Shown: positions 12,728 to 26,143 of the stretch, piece after piece | How positions within the stretch are numbered: the stretch's first letter is position 1 | Layout: each line of letters opens with the position of its first letter | DNA from: Botryllus schlosseri | Lineage: Eukaryota | Assembly (NCBI GenBank): GCA_051294905.1 | Contig: CM119380.1 | Location: forward strand, 992,001 to 1,056,000 | Direction of reading: 5' to 3' | Length of the DNA stretch: 64,000 nucleotides | Translations under genes and position numbers: made by a program | Notes under the pieces: model-generated | Database searches by the model: none | Told to the model about the DNA's origin: nothing | Seen by the model: only the letters and a program-made list of their open reading frames with translations

Positions 12728-13211
12728 TAGTGTTTCTACTAATTTTTCAAATTAGCCATTTTATTTTGTTCACTTGAACTGCTTCATATTGGAAATCGAC
12801 GCTTCTACTTGTACTGGAGTACCAGCGATGACTACTTTGACCTTCTCTACTCTTAGCAAAATGAGAAAAGACAGTTTCCGACCCGATTAGTGTCGAGTTA
12901 CATGACATGGTGGAGGCATGAGCAATGGTTCGAGTACAAGCGCGAGTCAACACTCAAATTGACGCAAGTTTGGTCGTGTTTTTTTCCGAAAAATCGCGCC
13001 TCGAGTCATTTCAACTCATATATTCAAGCGTTCTGTTTTCACGTTTAATATTCATGCAAGCAGCCGTGCAATTTGTATTCATGCTTCTCACGTATCACAC
13101 AATAAAATAAGTTTGCTCGATACAGAGAGCCTGTAAACTATCAGATTATTGATATGTAGATTACGCCCGAGGTCACGTGCCATATCCTTAAAAGTCCTCA
13201 CTAGTTGTTAC

Positions 13212-14458
13212 CAGAGTTGGATCAATTGTAATTTGTAATTGAGCTGAATGTAATTAATTACATTTTTTCATGTAATTGTAATTGTAATTGTAATTGAAGC
13301 ATTTCTATTTTGTGTAATTGTAATTGTAATTGTAATTTGATCAAAATTTTGCTCAATTACAATCTCAATTACATTTTCATGAAAACCTGACAATTACAAC
13401 ATAAAATAATAATTTAATCAATCATTTATTCGTCGCACCAGTGAAAATCCGGTACGAACCAGGATGACGACGAGGGGCCTTAAGGCCTTAGGAAACAGCC
13501 ACCACATGTAATAATTAGCCTATTTACATCGGTGTTCTATGCGTGCTGCGTTATAACTAGATAATTCAGTCACGCTAAACTGTTTCCCATACTTCAGTAG
13601 CAACAGAAAACTAAAAAGGTTAGAGAACCAGTGGGCTAAACTAAATCTTAATATTCCAAAAATGGATGAACAGCAAATAAACTCTTCTGAAACCTGTGCG
13701 GAACCATTTCCTACACCACGGTAAAAGATTTTTTTTTTTTTTTTATCTCTGACCAGTACTGTTTCCAACCAAGGCTTTATCAAACTTGATTACGCATTTG
13801 TAGATATTGTCCCAATCTTACCTCCAATCTTGGCCAAATTTACTGGGGCCATAAAATTTTCGCACCGTAATGTTCATCAAATGCAATCTAACAGTTTCTG
13901 ACAAGTGAAAATGTAAATGCGAACCAAAATATTGTAATTCCTAATCATCAGGAGGTTCATATCTTTTGCATTTATTTTAATTTTATCGGTATCAAATCAT
14001 CCTTATCGCTGACGCCTTACCGATTACATTTCATTATCCTCACTCAACTCTGAGTAGCCTAATCGTTTGATTACATTTCATTGACTGTCCTGTAGCCTAT
14101 TCGCTGTTAGTCGCTCAAACCTTTGGTTCTTAACAGTCGCTTGAAACACTCTTCTGTGCCTGTAGTTTTCAGGACTCATGCATGATTAGGAATAGTTCGA
14201 ATACGTTCGAGTTTTTTTTTTAATTAAAGGCTACATAGCAGGAATGAAACATGAATATCTTGAGATTGTTGCTAATTACGTCGCTACTGTTGTCAAAGAA
14301 TACCTCTTTACTGAATCAATTGCCTGTTTAAAAGTCATTGTAATTATAATTGTAATTAATTACATATTTAACACTAATTGTAATTGTAATTGTAATTTGA
14401 TATTTTTAGCATTGAGTAATTGTAATTGAATTAATTTATTGTAATTGATCCAACTCTG
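13212..14458. mobile_element. hAT MITE with (GTAATT)n subterminal arrays
   Basis: TIR CAGAGTTGGATCAATT; perfect TSD GTTGTTAC (13204-13211, 14459-14466). Confidence 0.92.
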
Positions 14459-14466
14459 GTTGTTAC

Positions 14467-14702
14467 TTGTGGTATTCGTGGTGTTTGTCGACTACAATGG
14501 CCATTTATACCAGGCCGAGTTTCTTTATTTTGATTCCGTTGTTGCCGAATTGTAGCGCGGCCCACTTCCAGGCTTTTTAGGACACCGTTTACGCGGATAA
14601 TATGGCGAGGAGGAGCCTAGATAAATCTCCAACTCTTAGGTAGGAATAGTGGAGTCGACCTTGGTCGGACTCGAACCACTTCGCCATCAAGCCACTGGCC
14701 CC
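14467..14702 (-). mobile_element. tRNA-derived SINE family A
   Basis: B box GGTTCGAGTCC on the minus strand near 14665-14676, followed by the body shared with 1795-1990 and 29540-29710. Confidence 0.75.
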
Positions 14703-14923
14703 CTTGCTAGTTTTTGGCGATTAATTTATATACCTTTTAATCTAATAGGATTGCTATTTTAAACATGTATCTAGTGTTTCAAATTCTATATTGATGCTAT
14801 AATGGTATCTCTAATTTTAATATCGAAATTAATCAATCTATGACTGGGCAGATAATATATACTTTCTAACGCGCTGGCCCAAAGTAGCACCTAAATTCAT
14901 CCAATGTGCAATTGGAATTTCAG

Positions 14924-15019
14924 AATGGGAGAGATTAAAGCCAACTATTGAGAGAAAGGACGCGGCAGAGGTCTCAACAGCCCCAGCTACGACAGACGCA
15001 ACAACAGCGGCAACACCAG
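14924..15019 (+). CDS. Collectin-like lectin, exon 3 (neck end and Thr/Ala-rich linker)
   Basis: 96-bp phase 1-1 exon EWERLKPTIERKDAAEVSTAPATTDATTAATP; TTTCAG acceptor, G|GTTAGG donor; in frame with exons 2 and 4. Confidence 0.75.
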
Positions 15020-15645
15020 GTTAGGATTAGATCCACTCAATGGGTATTAGATTCCATATTGAAAGTTATCGGCCTTCAGGAATATTAATATGAATAAAGC
15101 GTTCGCGTAATAAATTACTGAATATTATATCATTACACGTTTATAACAAGTTCAGGCTGTTTTGGCAGACGACGCATGACGGTATTACGTGTACATCGAG
15201 TCGATTTATAGACCAATAATTTCAAACGCCAAATTTGGGTGCATTTTGCCTACTTGAACTATTTACCCAAGTGGTTATGATTTTAAACTACTTCTACCAA
15301 ACAGTTTTACGTTTTTTACCCTAGAATATCGACTTTTTTACTTACCTAGAAATCCCTACTTCAACCTTAGTAGAAATTTACGGCGTTACTTCAACTTCTA
15401 TTTGAGTACCATCGATGACTAGTTTGACCATCTCTGATCAATACTGCAATTTTACACCCTGCACAAACGCATATACGGTGAGTCATGATCGAAAGGACAG
15501 TAGTCATGATAATATGAGCCTGACTAAGTATGACGTGATATATATGATATTATTTGTGCTACTGAATTCGGTCACTATTCATTGCGCCAATAATCTTTGT
15601 GGCGATATCTACAATATATAGACCATGACTATTCTATCCTTGCAG

Positions 15646-15890
15646 AAGACGAGTGCAGGGTACGAGTAGGGCTGCTTCATTCTGGAAAATGTTTCACTCT
15701 CCCTTATCTGTCATCATCAGTTGGTATAAAGTATGACGAAGCAGTGGCAGAATGCGCAAAACAAGGAACTCTAATGGCTGAAATTCATGATCGAGTTCAA
15801 CAAACAGCTTTGTACAATTTTGCTCTCACGAAGATGCCAGCTGGCACATCCAAGATCGCCATATGGTTTGGAATGGAATATCAACACTCG
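15646..15890 (+). CDS. Collectin-like lectin, exon 4 (CTLD first half)
   Basis: EDECRVRVGLLHSGKCF...YDEAVAECAKQGTLMAEIHD...AIWFGMEYQHS; CCTTGCAG acceptor, phase-0 donor GTATCT. Confidence 0.88.
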
Positions 15891-17006
15891 GTATCTGAAT
15901 ATATTGTAATATATTGTAACTATTCACATACATGTGGTGTTCGGACTAAATCACAACCCCCGAGTTGCACAGGGGTAGGGAACATATGGCTCGCGAGCCA
16001 TATAAAGCTGTTTGTATGCTAACATATGACTCGTTGATAAATTTCATAATTCGGCACTTCCTTCACGCTTTAATTATGAATATGATCAAATTTTTCACAC
16101 CGGCCGGTATTGGTACTCGTTCGGCAGCTGAGACAAGTCTTTATCAGGTTAAAACAGTAGCGTATCCTTGAGGGGGCTGGCGGCTCAGACACCCTTCTCA
16201 AAATCCTGAAATATATGCCACATAAAAATCCTGAAATATATGCTGCTGATAATTGCAAATATTATCAGTCCAATATAATCGATTTTTCTATCGGACAAAT
16301 ACGATTCCTTCAAGTAAGTTTAAGGCTTATACATCGGACAAATCTATAATCCGTCGAGTACGATACAGTTTGCATAATGTCCAAAACGAGGTTACTGTCA
16401 ATATAATATCAAATATCATCATTCGCTGTACCCAACGTTGTACGGCTTGGAATCTTGGATTGCACAATAGGTTGAATAATCATAGTGAGAAGCAGACATA
16501 GTGACGCCTGTATGGTAATGCACCAAAATTCTCTTCCTGATCATCAGCGCGATACAGACTTTTTCGCGTACGAATGACTCGCTAATATTTAATTGTGACA
16601 GTCCATTCAAATCACTATATGGCTCTTTCGGTATAACAAATGAAAATATACGGTCAATATGGCTCTTTTGATGAATAAGGTTTCCAATCCCTGGAATAGC
16701 AGGTCATTGTAAATACCTGTCAAATCAAGTAATCTTACTTTTTATTTTCGCGAAATCACTGCAATTTTCCTGCGGTAAATATAGTGATCAGATTTTGCCG
16801 CACTCACGTCAATTCATCGTCCTCAAATGACTGGTATGTTGATATAATTTTCCATGAACAAAACGTCCTTGGTCTATGTAGCTAATGCGGTTGTGTTGTT
16901 GTACTTGAGATATCGAATTGCTGTGCCAAATTAGCGTCATCTTAAACTATGAGAAACAAAACTAACTGATTTCAGTATAGTCTAAGAAGTACTACTGTTT
17001 TTACAG

Positions 17007-17204
17007 ACTTCTTCTCTGCTGTACCGATCAGGAATGGAGAAACATTCAAGTCAATTCCAGTGGTATCCAGGATATCCATCAACCTCGTCTCCTCGCAAGT
17101 ATATTATCATGAATGTAAGAAATGATGGGAGTTCCAACTTCGGTTTGTGGAACTACTTGAAAGCAAGACCGCTGAGTGGGGTTATGTGCGAGAAAGAAAC
17201 CTGA
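17007..17204 (+). CDS. Collectin-like lectin, exon 5 (CTLD second half, stop)
   Basis: TSSLLYRSG...FQWYPGYPS...FGLWNYLKARPLSGVMCEKET*; TTTTTACAG acceptor; AATAAA about 105 bp downstream. Confidence 0.88.
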   Translation, partial: TSSLLYRSGMEKHSSQFQWYPGYPSTSSPRKYIIMNVRNDGSSNFGLWNYLKARPLSGVMCEKET

Positions 17205-17895
17205 CAATTCTGCACAACTACAGATGGAATTAAGGTGGCGAACCGTTGAAAGGAGAACGTTCATATGAATATGTACATATTGTTATACATTAATGTAGTC
17301 TGAATGATAAAAATAAATTGAAACGTCGCGGAAGTATTGCAACTACATATGGTGATGGCAATTTGTTGGTATGACCTTCCGTGATTGACAGTGACTGCTC
17401 GTCAAAGGATCTGGCGGTGGCGCCAGGGTGGAAATCTCCTGTTCGAGATATTTTTCATGATCAAGGTGGCGTTATAATGGCGTAATCCTACATGGTAATG
17501 GTACTTTATCGTGATCACACCAGCGATATACAGCTACGTCATGGTTTTGTATAGTATGGGTCGGGACGGGCAAACATTTGCCTCGCGACAGCACCGAACC
17601 GTTGGTTCCATAATAATGTAATATTTGCTGATATTCTTGAGTTCATAAATTCGTCGCACGTCACGCAACCTTCCGTGAATAATACGTGCTTTTCCAAGTC
17701 GATCGGGCTTGCTACCACAATCAGTAACACGCGCAAAAAAGCTATTGCGATAATATGGCTTAGTCATAAAAATGTGACTACCCCTGCATTACACAACTCG
17801 GTTTGGTATCATATTGATATTTTTCTGACATATCTTTTCTCTACCCATCCTGCCAAAGATATAACTCTGCATACTGAGTATACAGTAGCCTAGAG

Positions 17896-20361
17896 CAGTG
17901 CTTTTCAACCTTTTTGAGCTTCATTCGCACTTTTTTTGTAAAATTAATTTCATTCGCACAAACTAACCGAATATTGATATACAAAAAGAAGATGAAAATA
18001 CAACATTTTTTTGCACAGATGTGCAACAAATTGACTACTATGTATCTTAAGCTATCAAGTGTCTCATGAAAAATGCTACTATTTTCGCTCGTTTTGATTT
18101 CAGCTATTTCACTAAAACCCTTCTACTAGTTAACTAGTGCTTGGATGGTCAGGTCTTAAAGCAGGGGTCACCAACACGCGGCCCGCGGGTCACATGAGGC
18201 CCGAGATGTCATATTTCGCGGCCCGGGATCTGTTTTCAGAAGAACGCACGTTGTTCAAAATGTGTTATTCTCCCTTTAGAAACGCGAAACCCCCTCCTTA
18301 AACGTGAAACCCCCTCCTTTTGAAATGGCCCTTCAGACCTTAATACTCGGTTGCAATTCAATAAGTCGTATTATCAGTGTTGCGCGCGGCCAAATAACGA
18401 AAGGCGTGATACCAATTAAGCGAGATACGTCATTGCGCATTGCACTGCAAATATAACGTGACACGAGCGACACGATCTCCCGCTGAGATAATTGCGAAAT
18501 CAGGTCATTTATTGCCGCGCGCTCGGCAATCGTTGCTAGCCTGATTTATCGCGTCTCCAACAAGCCTAGTTCCGCTGGCTTGAATAACCGCATCTGCAAT
18601 TGGCCGTGTGTGCACGATATCATCGCTGGCCTGCACAATCGCATCTGCAATAGGCCTAGTGTACGAAAGATATCGCTAGCCTAACTACCGCGTCTTGGGC
18701 CTACCATACTTTGGCCGGGGCTACGTAAGACGCATTGGTCAGCGCGCGTATTTTATTGTTCGATGCCTTGATAAGCGCGGGTATTCAATTGTTCACGACA
18801 GATCAGGGAGTCGCTAATTAACAGCTCTTTCGGACTCGTCGACAAGCTTATCATACGCGTATAATCGTCAACACGAGGATGTTGTATAATCGTTATTTAC
18901 GCATGTACTTACCCCTAATGAATTGATGCTATATTACCAGGGCCGTAACTGCCGCACCCCAAACCCAATTTATGCAATATTTTCAAAAATATTTCGCGCT
19001 AGGCGCAATTTCAAGTTGCCAAATATCTTGATTATTGGGTGCTCTTCCCCCAAGAAAAAAATACGCAAGATTTATAGAAATGGGCATATCGGCGTTGGCC
19101 ATTACCGCGGCACGAAGCACAAAGACTTATAACGTTTTAGGCCATGAAACATGCGACTCCAAGAAGTGTGCCAGAACGATCGCAGCGAGGCAACACACAC
19201 AAGACAAATACCATCCTGCAGGAAAAAATTATATGCCACTGAAGAAATACCAATCCGAAACCGTGTGATCTTTCAGTCTAGTACGTTTGAGCGATTCTAT
19301 ATTTTTGATATAGCAGACAGGAGGTCACGAAATAACATCATGTAACGAAGTCATATACCAACGGGTCCGCCCGCCCGAAGATGTTCAATTGTTCAATCAT
19401 TATTTACGGACTGTACAGTTTCAAAGACAACTCACTCAGCTCTACCGGTAAAACTCAGTACGTGAGCAGAGAGGATAAGACATTGATAGCAATATATATG
19501 CAATTCCCGATCTTATTGACCGATTTTATCATGAATTATCGAAAATTTTCGCGCTTAGCGCTGGCTCACTGAAGTTCGGTTTATCACCATATGGGGGCCC
19601 AGGACCAACGTTTTGGGGGGCTGACGAAGTGCTGTTACGGCCCTGTATATTACTAAATTCGGTAAAAATCGAACCCGCCCTTTTATTTCAACCACCCTCC
19701 CCTTTTTTCGGCTGGCTACGCCGAACAGACAGATAGTCCTGGCACCCCTGGCACCGTGTCGACCCAAAATTATACCCTTTGCGGTCTATACTTTAATAAC
19801 ACCTGAAAGGGTAAAATTTGCGTTACTGTAACTTGCAAATGGCAGTCTGTAATGATAGCATTTACTACTGTCCTCGTGCCTAGCACTAATCGAACATGTA
19901 TTACGGAAGTATTGATGATTGTTTATCGAAAGTAAGCAGAAAGTGAATTTAACGTCATTTTCCCAGCCTCTGACGGGCTGCTATATGTCTGTCACTACAC
20001 CAGCTTCCAAACCAGGGTTTTGGTTACGTAATAATTATAGTGCGAAAATATCAATTCACTACGGCTCGTGAGAGCTACGACTAGTGGTGCATGGTAAGTT
20101 AAACAAGTTTTTACAATTGCGTTGCAACAACTAAAGTTACACTGCCCTTGAATTTCGTATTATGTTTATTTGAAAAGCAATTATCATTCACGATTTTCAT
20201 TCGCCCTTATCCGGGATTTTCATTCGCACCGTTCGCACCACCTTCGTCATTCGCACTCATCCGGGATTTTCATTCGCACCGTTCGCACCATGTTCGTCAT
20301 TCGCACTGCAAATTTTTTCATTCGCACAAGTGCGAACCGTTACACAGGTTGAAAAGCACTG
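17896..20361. mobile_element. Composite hAT (Buster-type) non-autonomous element
   Basis: TIR CAGTGCTTTTCAACC; perfect TSD GCCTAGAG (17888-17895, 20362-20369); CATTCGCAC subterminal repeats at both ends. Confidence 0.92.
18938..19645. mobile_element. hAT MITE nested in 17896-20361
   Basis: TIR CAGGGCCGTAAC; perfect TSD TATATTAC (18930-18937, 19646-19653); diverged relative at about 55540-56271. Confidence 0.92.
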
Positions 20362-20838
20362 GCCTAGAGCAAATCAACGGTTGCGTTGATGTCTGATTTT
20401 TCTATGCTTAATCAATGACATGATGATTAAGTAATTCAATCAGCTGGTCAACAGGTACGGCATAGCGGTAAAATGGATTCACAAAAACAATTTATAGAAG
20501 TTCTGACCGAACACATTATAGATACGTGGTTGATGTTGTAAAAATCTTTTATACATTTCAGTGATCACTGATCAGTGTTCCGCAAGCTTCAAAATTTCTT
20601 GCAAGGAGTTCGCGACTTTGAAAAGCTTGGGAACTATTGATGTACGCATAGGGCACAATATGAAAGAGTAGTGCTTAAAATATATCATGATGAAGAAGGC
20701 ACTTCAGTCATATCAACCCATATCGGCATGGCAAGGAGTAAAATGGTCCATGCCCCAGCGGGACTCTCTGTTAATAGAGTTCCTGGATTTAGTTGAATTG
20801 AGCCTAATTGCATTCACAGTTGTGAAAATTCGTTACAA

Positions 20839-21512
20839 CAGGGATTCCCAAACTAGTGATCGTTTTCCGATTTCTGGGGTCGCGGAGAAATTAAATACGA
20901 TTCACTATTACAAGAATGCCAATTGAGCGGATGCTATCAGCGGATCGTTTCTGAATATTTTCGTTCATTTTTCAAAATAAAACGCATTTTAAAGCGCCAC
21001 CCAATATAACTCAACGTTAGTGACTGTCCATCACTATAAAGATTATAGTGTTGGGAGCATAATAAAAATCATTAATGAGGTTTTTTTCCCTTCCAGGCAA
21101 ACTACAAGTGACCGGTAGTGCCATGTGTTAACAGTATAACACGTACACTCACGCTCGGTGCGATCGAATAACTTACAGATCGTTATCTTTATTTCACATG
21201 ATGCAGTATGCCACGTAGCAGTTCATGACCGATGGTAATACTTCAACGGGATATAAAATAGAACTCCTTCCAGTGCATTGATATAGTCTTGATTTAATAT
21301 GAATGTCCTAATCTGAGGACAGGGGTTGACAAGTTTATGATTGCTATGACTGCGCAAATAGTCGCCAGCTGTGTAACATAGGCCGTGAGTAGGTTTCGCC
21401 CAAGGTGCTGACCATTTTTTTGTAACCAGCAGGCCAAATTGAAAGGTGGGGCCGCGCAACCTTTTCAAGTCGAAATTTGAGGTGGCGAACATAAAAAGAT
21501 TGGGGACCACTG
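20839..21512. mobile_element. Old hAT MITE
   Basis: Ends CAGGGATTCCCAAACT and ...TTGGGGACCACTG; TSD CGTTACAA/CCTTTCAA (6 of 8). Confidence 0.55.
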
Positions 21513-21980
21513 CCTTTCAAGAAATATTAACTCGACTAGACATGCTATTTGGAAAAGATATTTAACTTTATATTGCCGTTGCGTGAAATCTTATACCATA
21601 TATTTCTATGAGTGAGTTCATTTTGCCATCACCACGTGTGTATGGTATATCATTTTAAATCGTTTTTGCTGCATGAATCCTTGGCAAATGCAAAACACTA
21701 TGAATTCAGCTATCCCAGTTCCTTATGGGCGCCTTAAATTTCATAGTTCAATTTCCCATGCATTTAACCACTATAGTAGGCCTACCTGGCCGCTTTATCA
21801 CTATGAGAAATGTATAAAATATCAAAGCCATGTTTCATATGAAAATTTTGTAATCAAACATAATACAAAAAATCCCTTCTAAAAATGATTTCCAGGCATA
21901 TATTGACATTTCAATGTCGCTTTGCGTCCTACATGATTTCGGCGTTGGGCCTACATGCTTTCATATTCATGAATGTAGGT

Positions 21981-23221
21981 CAGGGGTTCTCAACTTCCCT
22001 CGTATAACGGGCCGCATTTTAACAGCAAAAGACCCTGCGGGCCGCAGAACGCTATCACCATGTATTTGTAAACTACTATTAAATTTAGGCTACTATGTAG
22101 CCTATTTACCAGTTTTATATGGACATTTAGTACATTTTTATGCATTCATAAGCATTAATGGACAGTGTTCGTAGGTTTGCAGTTGCTATTCTTTTTGGAG
22201 ACTATCTATCTTCCAGTGGCGCAAATAAATCTGTTCACGGAGCATAGGCCTACATTGCATTCGTTGCCAAGTCGGCATATGCACCTTATTCACACCCTTC
22301 CACCAGAGAACCGAACTCTCAGTTTCAATGCGTGAGAGAGCAAGTAGAAAATTTCGGTAACTTTTTCGTTACCATGGCCATTATCACTTTGAGCTCTCAG
22401 TGATATGAGAAGAAGTCTGGCGTTCGGGGTAATTTCTGAGCAAACCAATCAACACTGCTTCTCTCCTTCCATGGCTGGAGCCCTACACCAATAGTTACAG
22501 AAGTCAGCCTTGTCAAGTTTATGTTTTTCACTGGTCCCCTTCCCCCTAACAACGTTTGCCCCGTCAGCATTTCCTCTGGAAATATGTCCATTGTCCAGCC
22601 TGATAAAACGCACCTGGATTAGCTATGTAATGTGTGTGCACTGTGCAGTCGGTGGATACGTCCAATGGCAGGCTAAAAGTCTACGTAGCAACGTGCTTCA
22701 GAGCATATGCGATAAAAGATCGACCGCCATCGCTGTTACTCTTCTGGTCACGGTGGAATCAGATAACTGTAGCTTCGAAATATGTCAGGTGATGTTGGAC
22801 CTGATGCTAAGTTCCAGAAACAGCGAATATTCGCATAGTTGGCATACGTTAAAGTTTTATTGAAGTCACGCTTTTCCTAGCAGATTCTTGGGCTTACCGA
22901 TATTCCAAGCAATATCGAACAATGCGGCTGTAATGTCGTCGGCAATTTTAACAATGCCTCGAAATATGGATTCATGGGTTTGAAACCTAGCTAGGAACGT
23001 TTTCTCTAATATCAGGCGATACGTATTACTCCAGAATAAACTATATGGTGATATCATTTTAAGCTTCTACATTTCGTCACAACAACTGTTCTTCGACGAA
23101 TGTGACACGGTGACAATACTTTGCCAGTAGTAATTGCGTTCAAGTTGAAAGATGTCGCGGGCCACAAAATAATCGTCTGCGGGCCGCATGCGGCCCGCGG
23201 GCCGCGGGTTGAGAACCCCTG
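21981..23221 (-). mobile_element. hAT Charlie/Buster deletion derivative with decayed transposase
   Basis: TIR CAGGGGTTCTCAAC; perfect TSD ATGTAGGT; minus-strand fragments LSDSTVTRRVTAMAVDL, FSLPLDVSTD, LIQVRFI, DGANV resemble ZBED5/Buster transposase motifs. Confidence 0.9.
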
Positions 23222-24601
23222 ATGTAGGTAATCTGATGTACCAGGCCCCATTAACATCGACTAAATACTATATCGGGATCATCTGACTGATAGACACTCC
23301 TCTCTAAGCAGAAAATAGTGCGTATAGTCAGACGAAAGGGGCCGAGAAGGGTGGTACACGGAAAAATAGAACCTAACTCAGAATTATATCGCGGTCATAA
23401 ATCCTACCTTCCAACGGGCATGAAAATCTGTATAAAAATGTTGTACTCGATTCATACCGCGAAATAAGTTTGAGGTAGGTCCGGTTTCGAATGCCATGAG
23501 TGTATATTCAAATCCTTATATCAGAGGTGAAAAACGGGTGGATATATACATTCTTTTCGCAAAGAGTGATTAACAAGAGAGCGGAGGTGAGAAGGACATA
23601 GTTCGACATTGAGTGAGTCATACATAGAACGGAATTTGGGACTCTTAATCTCTGAATTTCGCTTTATAATTTTGCATGACCTGCAAATATATCCATTTAC
23701 TTATGTTTGGTATTTGGAATCAGCTGTGTATGCACACTACACGTAACATTATCGGTTTGCGTTAAGAATGAACATAATAGATAGATCAGGGGTCGCCAAC
23801 TCGAAACGGGTCGCGGGCCACTTTTTAAAATTCGTAGAGGCCGCGGGCCGCATGTCGTCAATGTCGAGATAAAATAGGAAATGCATAGTTTAACAGCCAC
23901 GTTATGATAACTCTACGTCATTACAATGCTGTTCTCTCTAACATGGGCGACGGGCATAGTTACCGCAAAAGGAATAATATTTTTATTGAAGACATAAATA
24001 TAGCCAACAACAAAAAAATGATGATCATTGCTTTCATTCTCTTTTTAGCTATGAGCTCCGCACGATACCTGACAACACTCGTCAGCAACTATACAAAGCA
24101 GATGTGGCCAACCTTTTTTGCTATTCACGGCCGCATTTCGATTACTTGTGTTGGCTACGGCCGCATTCTAGTGCATAGTCGTAATGAACTACTGGAGGCC
24201 AAATACCCACGTTAAACTGCCCATGTCCATTGCCGGTGAACTCCCGACTAATCTATTTACTGATATCGGCTTACTATGCGCAGTGCGCACCCAAATCGTG
24301 AGTAGATATGTTATGAATAAGCACAGGTATTCGTTGTCTGGTCTCGCGAAGCGCGAAAATGTGTTCATATTCTGGAGTGAATTTCGTCATTAATACAAGT
24401 ATAGTTTCACATATTACTATCAAATATTTATCCTTTGTAAGCCAGTGTGCTCACATTCACCGATAGAGTTGATGTAGGGGGTGTCTTCGAAAATTCAGGG
24501 AAGTTATATTACTGTGCTGCATCTTTGAGTGGGCCGAATGTTATTAGCCTAATCCTCTTTGTTGCATGTTTTTATTTCTTGACATCGCTTCAGGATTGTG
24601 A

Positions 24602-25565
24602 CAGTGTTGGGATCAAGTCACTACCTTTGAGTCACGAGTCATCTCGAGTCATTGCAGATTTTGACTCGAGTCAAGTCAAGTCAACAGATTTTCAAAGGTG
24701 ACTCGAGTCAAGTCAAGTCACTCGTTTTTTAGAGGTGACTCGAGTCAAGTCGAGTCAAGTCAAGTCAAGTCACGAGTCAAGTCACAATTCAAGTCAAATT
24801 GAATATTCGAAGTATGAGTGATGATTCAAAGTCATTACATTTTGCTAGCTGTGTGAAAGACAGATTAATTAATCATTTATCTTAACCAAATAACGAATAT
24901 CTCGTTAAACATGCATGCAAAAAGACGGTATATCCCTCACGCACACGTAGAACTGCTAATAAAGTACGTGAGTAACTGTACAGCTCCATACTACAGTCAG
25001 TTCGTATCAACCAAAATATAGGACCTAATACGAAGCTTCGAGAAGTTGAAACAAATTGATATGGTACAATAGCCTACACTACTTATCTACACTTCCATGA
25101 GAATATAAACGCACCCAATATATTCGTTCGATTTAAATCACACAAGAGGATTGGTAAATGTGAGCACTGGGCAACGTAAGCATTGAGCCGTCTAAGAAAC
25201 AGAGACACATTGATATTTAGATTAATTTTCTACATTGCGGTCAAGTTATCTGTGATCGAACAATGGAGGAACCTTGTAACGTACAATCAGTGAATGACTG
25301 GTTGTTCTCACAAGTGACACCAGGGCATCTCGAACAATCCGAACATCCACAAGATACAGTGATTTATTCGAAACAGCTTACATAATGACTTGAAATTGAC
25401 TCGTAAATTGTGCTCCGAGTCACAAGTCAATGCACATTTTTGAAGCTCCGAGCCAAGTCAAGTCAAGTCATTTTTCCAAGGTGACTCGAGTCAAGTCAAG
25501 TCATACGAAAAAGTTGACTCGAGTCTGACTCGACTCAAGTCATGACTCGAGTCATCCCAACACTG
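24602..25565. mobile_element. hAT MITE with GACTCGAGTCAAGTC arrays
   Basis: TIR CAGTGTTGGGAT; perfect TSD GATTGTGA (24594-24601, 25566-25573). Confidence 0.92.
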
Positions 25566-26143
25566 GATTGTGAGTATAGTGGAAATATATTGATTTTTCT
25601 CAAACGCACGATTACAAATTGGTATTTCTTTATGGGGCGCATCAATTTCCTCTGCTGTTCGCATCTGTACTGTGCGGATTAGATCACAAAGAACACTACT
25701 ATAATAAAATCGAAAATCCACTCGCATTGAACCGCGCCGAGCGCGAAGAAAATTTCAAGAATAATTCAAACCTCTCATTAATTAGGGAGTCAATTCGTAA
25801 ATTTAATTTGCCTATTGACGGCCGCCAACACATTCTAATCGACATGAGTGTCGACGGCCGCATAATGTTACTTCTACTGTTGCAGATTGCGCCTCGGTCT
25901 TGGCAAGTCAAGGCAATATGCCAATTCATATCGGCAAATTCTTCCTCCATGGAATGATTATAAATTATTAAATGATTAAAATATTAAATAAATACAGTCC
26001 ATCCTCAAGATTACCGGACCACGACTGACCTATCGATCTCGCTTCCCATGGCATGCCGCCCTATCCTTGCCGCTATTTCTTTATCTATACTGTTTTCTTT
26101 ACTTTCATTCAGTGTGCATGCCTCCTCTTTACATCGCCTAGGC

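Larger units (their letters stand above)
10617..13019 (-). mobile_element. Old hAT MITE (same family as 11261-11828) interrupted by later insertions
   Basis: Left end CAGTGTTGTAACCAGGTCA matches the reverse complement of the young copy's right end; 12760-13019 matches its left half in reverse. Confidence 0.65.

Noticed and set aside
7547-14924. Premature TAA in the lectin gene (T|AA on splicing exon 1 to 14924)
   Set aside because: The 63-bp exon at 7612-7674 restores an open frame.
24602-25565. CRISPR-like array (also 11261-11828, 20196-20340, 39584-40432)
   Set aside because: Short irregular motifs without unique regular spacers, inside TIR/TSD-bounded eukaryotic MITEs; no cas genes.
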